Source: Deltaproteobacteria bacterium TL4
GTDB taxonomy: Bacteria > SAR324 > NAC60-12
Direction: 5' to 3'
Length of the DNA: 37,894 nucleotides
NCBI GenBank assembly: GCA_051382335.1
Contig: JBBCAX010000285.1
Span: 1 to 37,894, forward strand
Both the position numbers and the translations under genes were made by a program. Positions 20,013 to 27,087 of the stretch are shown piece by piece; position 1 is the first letter of the stretch, and every line of letters begins with the position of its first letter. The notes under the pieces are model-generated. The model was not told the DNA's origin, ran no database searches, and saw only the letters and a program-made list of their open reading frames with translations.

Positions 20013-20911
20013 GATAACCTCTTTTTTTTATCTACGCGCTTAAGATATTTGACCATTTTGATGCGGGTTCCTTTCTCATTCCAGGTCACTTCATCCATAA
20101 AGGCGCGGATCAAGATCAAACCTCTTCCGCTGAAGCGCAGACTCTCAGTGGGCGAGGACTCCGGAAAACGTCGGTAATCAAAACCTTTGCCCTGATCTTC
20201 GATTTCAAAAGTCAGGTGTTCCGAAGTTGCCTGATAACAGATTTCGACTGTTCTTTTTCCAAATTTCGCTGAGGCTTCTCTCTTTTTGACTCGCATTTCA
20301 AACTTCTCCCAGGCTTGTTCTTTCAGTTTGGAGGAGATTTCAAGATTACCATGGACAATGGCATTGATTAAAGCTTCCTGCAAACACACACTGATTTCGT
20401 GGAGACTCAGTCCATACCAGTGGCAGAGAACCTGGAATTGACTTTGGAGATAAGCACTTATCCCTTTGATCAACCGGGTTTGGCTGGGTATTCTCAGATG
20501 GATGGGAGCTACAAAAGGCAGGATTTCCCTCAATTCCTTCTTTGAATATTGAAGCGATTCCATCCGTGATATAGCGGCATACAGCGATTCCAACTTAAAG
20601 GGTTTGAGAATGAAGTCCAGCGCTCCCAGTTTCAAAGCCTCAATAGCGATTTTTACGTCGCCATGTCCGGTAATGAGCACCACTGGTGTTTCAGGATCGT
20701 CCTGTTTGATGCGTGTCAGCAATTCCATGCCGTTCATTCCGGGCATTCTCACATCGCTCAGAACCCCGTCGAAGGTCTGTGTTTTTTCTGAAAAGAGGGC
20801 ATAGGCTTGTTTTCCATTCTCCGCGGTGGTGACAGTATGTCCTTGTTCGGTTAAATCTTCAGCGATTTCTGCCAACAGATCCACTTCGTCATCGACTACT
20901 AAAAGTTTCAT
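20009..20911 (-). CDS. Receiver domain fused to an RsbW/SpoIIAB-like Ser/Thr kinase (HATPase_c_2)
   Basis: KLLVVDDE, VLSDVRMP and LKPF; EALINAIVHGN, IEDQGKGFD and SGRGLILIRAFMDEV. GGAG RBS before ATG 20911. Confidence 0.92.
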   Translation of the reverse strand: MKLLVVDDEVDLLAEIAEDLTEQGHTVTTAENGKQAYALFSEKTQTFDGVLSDVRMPGMNGMELLTRIKQDDPETPVVLITGHGDVKIAIEALKLGALDFILKPFKLESLYAAISRMESLQYSKKELREILPFVAPIHLRIPSQTRLIKGISAYLQSQFQVLCHWYGLSLHEISVCLQEALINAIVHGNLEISSKLKEQAWEKFEMRVKKREASAKFGKRTVEICYQATSEHLTFEIEDQGKGFDYRRFPESSPTESLRFSGRGLILIRAFMDEVTWNEKGTRIKMVKYLKRVDKKKRLS

Positions 20912-20991
20912 GGTTTTTCTCCATTGTTGAGTTAAGGAACAAGTTTTCCTTGTTCCAAGGCTTCTGTCCGAAGAATAGAACTTGCGCATAA

Positions 20992-21023
20992 GTAGGGTGC
21001 CGCTTAAGCGAAGCGAGCGCACC
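20992..21023. repeat. GTAG-type REP remnant
   Basis: GTAG-GGTGC...GCGAAGC...GCACC hairpin. Nearby are the perfect hairpin GGAACAAG-TTTTC-CTTGTTCC (20936-20956) and a TIR-like GAACTTGCGCA. Confidence 0.5.
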
Positions 21024-21058
21024 ACAAAAATGAAGATTTCCCCCATTCTGAGTCTAGT

Positions 21059-22654
21059 TTATTTTACAGGCAGAAAAATACGAAACAGTGTCCCCTGACC
21101 TACTTTGGATTCCACTTCGATGCGGCCTCCGTGCGTCTTGATGATCCCATAGCTGATAGATAATCCCAGACCGGTTCCTTTGCCTATTTCCTTGGTGGTA
21201 AAGAAGGGGTCAAAGATTTTCTTTTGAATCTCATCCGGGATGCCCTCGCCAGTATCTTCCATTTCCATTATGATCCAATTTGCCTGTTGACGGGAGCGAA
21301 CCGTGATTTGCTTTGGTTCTGAACGGTTTGGCATCTCGGATTCCATGGCGTCTCTGGCATTAGTGATAAGATTGGTCAGCACCTGCTCAATCTGGATTGC
21401 TTGACAGCTCACCAGAGGCAGCTTATCCGCTAACTCCCGCTTGACTTCAATACCGTGGAGTTTCAATTGCTCATTCAGGAGCAGGAATGAATCTTCAATA
21501 ATTTGATTGATATCTTCTGCTTTGATTTGGAGCAGGAGGGTCTCTCTGCCGAATGTTCTCAAGTGATTCACAATGAGGGAAGCGCGTTTTATCTGAGCCA
21601 GAATCTTTTCAAAAGTTTGTTTTGTCTCTTTGCTGCCTTTCTTAATAGATTTAAGTTCTCTCTCAGCCTTCAGGCTAATAATCTGTAAGGGCTGATTCAA
21701 TTCATGAGCAATTCCCGTCGCCATTTCTCCCAAGGAGGCCAGTTTTGCTGACTGGATCAGTTGGGCTTGGGTTGTTTTAATTTCTTCATTCGCGGCGATA
21801 AGCTCCTTATTTATTTTTCTGATGGCTTCTTCCGCTTGCTTGCGCTCAGTAATGTCACGAAAAACAATTAAGATATAATCCTGATTTTCAAATTGCTCAT
21901 ACGAAATGGACACTTCCACAGGAAATTGACGCCCCTCTTTACATCGCTGCAATCCTTGAGGCAGAAAGATTGTTCCTTTGCTCTTGGCAAGATTCGCGTA
22001 GTGATCCCACAACTCAGGAGCTTCCAGATATCCTACCTCAGCGTGTTTGGCACTAAGCTTAAGAAGTTCCTCACGGGAATACCCCAGCAACTGACAAGTC
22101 GTTTCATTCACATCGATAATTTGTCCTGTCCGAGCGTTTGTGATAAGAATAGCGTCTTTAGCCTGATCCATCACCGCTCGAAAGCGGGCTAATTCAAGTT
22201 CGGATCGCTTGCGGTCAGCGATGTCCAGGGAATATTCTATCATCTGGATCAAAGTTCCATCCTTATCGAAAACAGGATGGGCGTGCACTTCAACCTCTCT
22301 GACATTTCCCTCGATATCATAATGAATATGCTCTACCACGACCGCTTGCTTTGTCTTTTTCACGATATTGAGAGGACAGGGGTGTTCCCCTTCGCAAGGT
22401 TTCGACCTTCTGTGCGTTAAGGCATAGCAATAGGAGGGGGTGTCTAAATCCCCCTTATTCGCGGCTGGATTGGCAAGGATAATGGTGTAATCCTTGATAT
22501 CTAAAACATAGAAGGGATGAGAAAGGGAATTCAATACGGTCCTCAGGAATTGATTTTGAATTGTCAGTTCCTGACACTCTTTCGTTTCTTTGTGTTGGAA
22601 TTGTTCTTCCGCTTCACGTAAAGCCCTGCGTACCGATGGAGTCAGTCTGTACAT
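21059..22654 (-). CDS. Cytoplasmic PAS-PAS sensor histidine kinase
   Basis: PAS domains ending DIADRK and DITERK; AHELNQPL, NLITNARDA, DTGEGI, FDPFFTTK and GTGLGL; no TM segment. Confidence 0.94.
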   Translation of the reverse strand: MYRLTPSVRRALREAEEQFQHKETKECQELTIQNQFLRTVLNSLSHPFYVLDIKDYTIILANPAANKGDLDTPSYCYALTHRRSKPCEGEHPCPLNIVKKTKQAVVVEHIHYDIEGNVREVEVHAHPVFDKDGTLIQMIEYSLDIADRKRSELELARFRAVMDQAKDAILITNARTGQIIDVNETTCQLLGYSREELLKLSAKHAEVGYLEAPELWDHYANLAKSKGTIFLPQGLQRCKEGRQFPVEVSISYEQFENQDYILIVFRDITERKQAEEAIRKINKELIAANEEIKTTQAQLIQSAKLASLGEMATGIAHELNQPLQIISLKAERELKSIKKGSKETKQTFEKILAQIKRASLIVNHLRTFGRETLLLQIKAEDINQIIEDSFLLLNEQLKLHGIEVKRELADKLPLVSCQAIQIEQVLTNLITNARDAMESEMPNRSEPKQITVRSRQQANWIIMEMEDTGEGIPDEIQKKIFDPFFTTKEIGKGTGLGLSISYGIIKTHGGRIEVESKVGQGTLFRIFLPVK

Positions 22655-22732
22655 TTATGTTTTTCTCCTATGTTATTTTGCGCACACTTTCCGGCGACAG
22701 TTTGTTAACGTTCTGAACCGGTTCTTTTCTTG

Positions 22733-23794
22733 CTAAAGAATCAGCATACAATCACCATAACTGAAGAAGTGATAGTGATTTTCTATCGCCTGGTGATACG
22801 CTTTTAAGAGACGTTCCCGCTCGTAAAAGGCGGAAACCAGCATTAACAGCGATGAACGAGGCAGGTGGAAGTTGGTTAACAGGCCCTGGGTGACTTGAAA
22901 AGTATAAGGTGGATAAAGATAAGCGGCGGTCCATCCTGAGGCTTTCCGAAACTGATGTTGCGCCAGGGTTTCCAGGACTCTTACCACGGTTGTTCCTACA
23001 GCGATCACCGTTCTCTTGCTTTCAAGGCTTTCACACAGCAAGGCCAGGGATTCCTGAGTAATTTCAAAATACTCGGAATGAATAGGATGCTTCCGGATAT
23101 CTTGTTCCACAACGGGGGTAAAGGTTCCTCGTCCGACATGCAAGGTCACTTCAATAACACGAACCTCCCGCTGCCGTAAGATTTCCAACATTTCAGGGGT
23201 AAAATGCAGTCCTGCCGTAGGTGCGGCAATGGCACCTACGTTTTTAGAAAAACAGGTTTGGTAGCGTTGCCGATCTTGTTGATTGATCTGTTCTGTCGCC
23301 TTGTCGCGATTGATATAAGGAGGTAAGGGCACCAATCCAAAATCATTCAAACGCTCCATTAAGGATTCGCCTTCTTCAAAAGCCAACAGCCAACTGCCTT
23401 CTTCCAGACGATGCAGGGCTTTGGCAAGAATCCGCTTGTCAAAAAAAGCAAGCGCTTCTCCAGGTTTAATACGTCTCGCCTTTTTGACCAAAGCTTGCCA
23501 GACTCCCGGTTGCTGTTCCTTAACCAATAAGGCTTCAAATTGTCCCCCTGTCGCACGTTCGCCCAGTAAGCGGGCAGGCAGAACCCGTGTATTATTAAGG
23601 ATAAGGGTTGTCTTCGGCGGTAAATAATGGGGAAAATCCTGAAAATTCCGATGAAGGATCTCGTCTGAGTTCCTCGCCAGAACCATCATCCTGGAAGTGC
23701 CTCGTTGTTCTGGGGGATGTTGCGCAATCTGTTCAGGCGGTAAGTCAAAATAATAAGAATCAAGATTCCAATCAGGGGATAGTGGATCATTCAT
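22733..23794 (-). CDS. queA: S-adenosylmethionine:tRNA ribosyltransferase-isomerase
   Basis: FDLPPEQIAQHP, NNTRVLPARL, PLPPYI, AAPTAGLHFT, TNFHLPRS and FFSYGDCM motifs. Confidence 0.97.
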   Translation of the reverse strand: MNDPLSPDWNLDSYYFDLPPEQIAQHPPEQRGTSRMMVLARNSDEILHRNFQDFPHYLPPKTTLILNNTRVLPARLLGERATGGQFEALLVKEQQPGVWQALVKKARRIKPGEALAFFDKRILAKALHRLEEGSWLLAFEEGESLMERLNDFGLVPLPPYINRDKATEQINQQDRQRYQTCFSKNVGAIAAPTAGLHFTPEMLEILRQREVRVIEVTLHVGRGTFTPVVEQDIRKHPIHSEYFEITQESLALLCESLESKRTVIAVGTTVVRVLETLAQHQFRKASGWTAAYLYPPYTFQVTQGLLTNFHLPRSSLLMLVSAFYERERLLKAYHQAIENHYHFFSYGDCMLIL

Positions 23795-23828
23795 GGAGCA
23801 GGCTATTTCAATAATAATTTTGAGGAGA

Positions 23829-24716
23829 CTATGACAGTTTGTCCATACCGCCCATTAACTGAATTCTTTGTTGCGGCGTCACAATGTTAATGATCCGGAC
23901 GCCAAATTTTTCGTTAACAACGACGACTTCTCCTTTAGCAATTAATTTTCCACTCACAAACAAGTCCAGATCCTCGCCAACCAAACGGTGAAGTTCAATC
24001 ACAGAACCTTGACCTAAGGAGAGCAGGTCCGAAATTAACATTTTGGACCGTCCCACTTCAAAAGTCAATGTGAGCTTCATGTCGAGCAAAAAGTCAACAT
24101 TCACCCCAGGTTCTTCTTCCTCCGCAAGAGGAGCCGCTGAAGTTTTAGCCGAATCAATTAAGGATTGAATACCGCCTTTCGCAAAACTTCCTCCCGAGGA
24201 CAAAGCTGAATCCGTTTGAATTTCAGTGAGCAAATCATCAATATTAACTTCCCCTCCCGCATTGGACATGCTCGTGTCATTTTGAATCTCAGCCAACAAG
24301 GACGCCATGTCACCATCGAGACTTAAGTCATCTATTTCCTCGGTCTCACCTTCCGCTCTAACCGAGGACATCGCCAATAACGCGTCGATATCACCTTGGT
24401 CCATTTGAGACGAAGCAGCGACTGGATGTTTGGCCGCGCTGTGATCAACCCCAAAGCCGTCCGCAGCCGCGGACAACAGGGCATCAATGTCACTTTGATC
24501 CATGTCACCTGAGGGCACAGAAACAGAAGCGGCGCCATTCAACAGGGCATCAATATCACTTTGATCCATTTCACCTGAGGGCACAGAAACAGAAGCGGTA
24601 CCATTCAACAGGGCATCAATATCACTCTGATCCATTTCACCTGATGACGCGGGCGTGGACGCAGCGGGTCCTCCACCTAACAGGGCATCAATCTCTTCTT
24701 GAGTCATTTCGCCCAT
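23829..24716 (-). CDS. fliN: Flagellar motor switch protein FliN with repeated N-terminal EIDALL motifs
   Basis: C-terminal SpoA domain (LLDMKLTLTFEVGRS...GSVIEL...GEVVVVNEKFGVRI); five Q.(E/D)IDALL copies in an acidic N-terminus; GGAGG RBS. Confidence 0.9.
   Translation of the reverse strand: MGEMTQEEIDALLGGGPAASTPASSGEMDQSDIDALLNGTASVSVPSGEMDQSDIDALLNGAASVSVPSGDMDQSDIDALLSAAADGFGVDHSAAKHPVAASSQMDQGDIDALLAMSSVRAEGETEEIDDLSLDGDMASLLAEIQNDTSMSNAGGEVNIDDLLTEIQTDSALSSGGSFAKGGIQSLIDSAKTSAAPLAEEEEPGVNVDFLLDMKLTLTFEVGRSKMLISDLLSLGQGSVIELHRLVGEDLDLFVSGKLIAKGEVVVVNEKFGVRIINIVTPQQRIQLMGGMDKLS
24475..24644. repeat. 66-bp coding tandem repeat (~2.6 copies) in fliN
   Basis: AACAGGGCATCAAT recurs at 24475, 24541 and 24607 (and 24679); the unit encodes GEMDQSDIDALLNG(T/A)ASVSVPS. 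Confidence 0.92.
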
Positions 24717-24877
24717 GAGACCTCCAATATCGGAAACGTTGAATCTTCTTTGCGGTTATGGATTTTCCTGAACAGTTTCTTGGGAGTCTTTCGCTGGGAC
24801 TTCAAGCGTCAGGTAAACATTCGGCAATATTTTCCAGAACTCATCGTTTTCGCAGTTCAGGTTTTCCTAGGTTGTTA

Positions 24878-25036
24878 GGAATGAAAATTAAATAATTTAC
24901 CCATTTGGTAAAAAGCCAGGTGCCTTTATTTTTAACGCAGAGACGCAAAGAACGCAGAGAACCGCGGAAAAATAAAATTAAATAATTTCCTCTGAGTCCT
25001 CCGCGTTAAAAGGGGAAGTTATTTAATTCTTGTGCC
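24878..25036. mobile_element. 159-bp MITE with TTA target duplication
   Basis: TTA at 24875-24877 and 25037-25039. 25-bp TIRs GGAATGAAAATTAAATAATTTACCC / rc GGCACAAGAATTAAATAACTTCCCC (19/25). Core TTTTAACGCAGAGACGCAAAGAACGCAGAG...CTCTGAGTCCTCCGCGTTAAAA. Confidence 0.75.
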
Positions 25037-25064
25037 TTAAAAACATTCTGTCCCCATTTAGCAC

Positions 25065-25080
25065 AGCATTTATCATGCCT
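25065..25080 (-). promoter_or_regulatory. Candidate sigma-54 (-24/-12) promoter for fliN
   Basis: The minus strand reads AGGCATGATAAATGCT, i.e. GG-N10-GC and close to TGGCACG-N4-TTGC. Confidence 0.35.
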
Positions 25081-25107
25081 TCAAGGAGTGCCATGGTTCT
25101 AACAATT

Positions 25108-26229
25108 TTATTGGGTCACGGCTTTTAAGATGCGGTGATGGAGTGTATCCGCAAGGTAAACATGATCAGAACTATCGACGGCAAGGCTGTTCGCTCCGGT
25201 AACAATAACTTCCTTATTCAGTTGACTCAGTGTGGTGACGGTTCGGTCCAGAGCAGCAATTTTTCGAAGCACATCATTCAAACTATCAATGAGATACAGA
25301 TTGCCTGCTGAATCAACGGTAATGGCCTTGGGATTCGAAAAACTGGCGGATAGACCTGGACCATCACTATTTCCATAGACGCCGCCAGCAATGGTTTCAA
25401 CGCTCTTGCTAACGAGGGTAATCTTGCGAATGCAAAGGTTTCCGAAATCCGTCACAAAGAGCGCATCCTCTTGACTGGAGTAAATAATACTCCACGGCCG
25501 GTTAAATTGTACGGTGGAACCTTGTTCGGCACTGCCATCTGTATAACCGGGGGAGCCATTTCCAACCAGTGTTGAAATTTCAATTCCGATATCCGTGCTT
25601 TTTAGCGCGACGATCTGGTGATTTTCAGTATCCGCAATGTAGAGTACTCCTTGTGCATCCACGGTCATTCCCTGAGGATTATGGAATTTATTTTTGGTGT
25701 CTGTGAAGGTCGTGACTTTTCCTTCTTGTGAGATTTGACGGACGACCTGACTCACCTGATCATAAAGGTAAAGCATTCCTGTATTTTTATTAAGGGTGAG
25801 TAAGTCGGGGCCCTCAAAAGAAGCAGGAACGCCCAATTCGTCAAGACTGTTTTTATTATTCCCGCCAGAAAATGTAGTCACTTCGGTCTCTGTATCGATT
25901 TTTCGAATTTGCAAATTTCCCAAATCCGCTACATAGAGATTATCGCTCTCATCAAAAACAATCCCTGAAGGCAGACTGAACTGAGCGGCCGTACCCTTTC
26001 CGTTTGAATTACCTTTAGTCCCTGAACCCGCGTAAACATCACCGCGACCAGACGTCTCACTACTGCTGGAACCGGAACTGCCGCCGTTACACTCCGCGTC
26101 AGAACTGGCATCCGCAGACAAACTGCTACAGTCACTGAAAAAATTATTTTCGCCACTGTCATCACATCCCACTGAAACCAGGCAAGTTAAGATTCCCACG
26201 AGCAGCAGGCAAAAACGAAAAACTTTCAT
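25108..26229 (-). CDS. NHL-repeat beta-propeller lipoprotein
   Basis: Lipobox-like LVSVG-C, Ser/Gly linker, and repeated F..P.GI..D..GNLYVAD..N..IRKI units. Confidence 0.88.
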   Translation of the reverse strand: MKVFRFCLLLVGILTCLVSVGCDDSGENNFFSDCSSLSADASSDAECNGGSSGSSSSETSGRGDVYAGSGTKGNSNGKGTAAQFSLPSGIVFDESDNLYVADLGNLQIRKIDTETEVTTFSGGNNKNSLDELGVPASFEGPDLLTLNKNTGMLYLYDQVSQVVRQISQEGKVTTFTDTKNKFHNPQGMTVDAQGVLYIADTENHQIVALKSTDIGIEISTLVGNGSPGYTDGSAEQGSTVQFNRPWSIIYSSQEDALFVTDFGNLCIRKITLVSKSVETIAGGVYGNSDGPGLSASFSNPKAITVDSAGNLYLIDSLNDVLRKIAALDRTVTTLSQLNKEVIVTGANSLAVDSSDHVYLADTLHHRILKAVTQ

Positions 26230-26256
26230 AAGCCTCTTTGATTAATAAAGTTCTGT

Positions 26257-27087
26257 TTAAACTATATCCAATTGATCCTTGTCCACCATTTCGTGCCATT
26301 TCTTTTCATTCTTCCGGAAATCTTCGTGGGCGATACAATGTATGGCACCAAACGTGGTGATTTGTCGAAGACAAAGAAGCTTCATTTTGACCATCTCTAA
26401 AAGAGACATGAAGGTTAAAATGATTGAAGGACGAGTGGTGTCCGCATCAAATAAATCTTCAAATAAACATTGTCGAAATTGTGCAAAGTGAAGGATGAGT
26501 TCGTTGATACGATCTTCTATCCGGTAAACTTCAGGTTCCACTTTATGGGATGTAAGCCTGGGTTTTCGGTGTATTACTTTCTGAAACGCTTCCATCAGCA
26601 TATAAACGGAAAGCTCTTCAAAAATCAATTCATCCCCGCTAAGCTCTGCCTTTTTTTCATGTTCTTGAGTCGGTCTTGAAAAAACATCCCGGCCCAAGAG
26701 ATCACGCAAGGATAACTCATAAGCGGCCTGTTTATAGCGTTGATACTCAATCAACCTCTGCCGCAAAAGCTCCTCAGGATCTTCCTCTTCTCCTTCCTCT
26801 TCAACTTCAGGCTGAGGGAGTAGTTGACGGGATTTGATGAGGATTAACAACGCGGCTGTTTCCAAAAATTCGCCTGCAAGATCCAGATTGATGGTTTGCA
26901 TCAACGCCAAATAGGCGAGATATGACGCCGTCAACTCAGAAAGCGGAACTTCATAGATATTCAATTCTTTCTTACGAATCAAATGCAGGAGCAGGTCCAG
27001 AGGCCCCTCAAACACATTGAGTTTGACATCCAAAGGATTGTAAAGATCGGGAATGGTATTCATCTCATAAGAAACCGGAACATTCAT
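26257..27087 (-). CDS. scpA: Segregation/condensation protein A (kleisin)
   Basis: FEGPLDLLLHLI, AGEFL..AA.L..IKSR.LLP and TFMSLLEMVK. ATGA overlap with gspD. Confidence 0.95.
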   Translation of the reverse strand: MNVPVSYEMNTIPDLYNPLDVKLNVFEGPLDLLLHLIRKKELNIYEVPLSELTASYLAYLALMQTINLDLAGEFLETAALLILIKSRQLLPQPEVEEEGEEEDPEELLRQRLIEYQRYKQAAYELSLRDLLGRDVFSRPTQEHEKKAELSGDELIFEELSVYMLMEAFQKVIHRKPRLTSHKVEPEVYRIEDRINELILHFAQFRQCLFEDLFDADTTRPSIILTFMSLLEMVKMKLLCLRQITTFGAIHCIAHEDFRKNEKKWHEMVDKDQLDIV

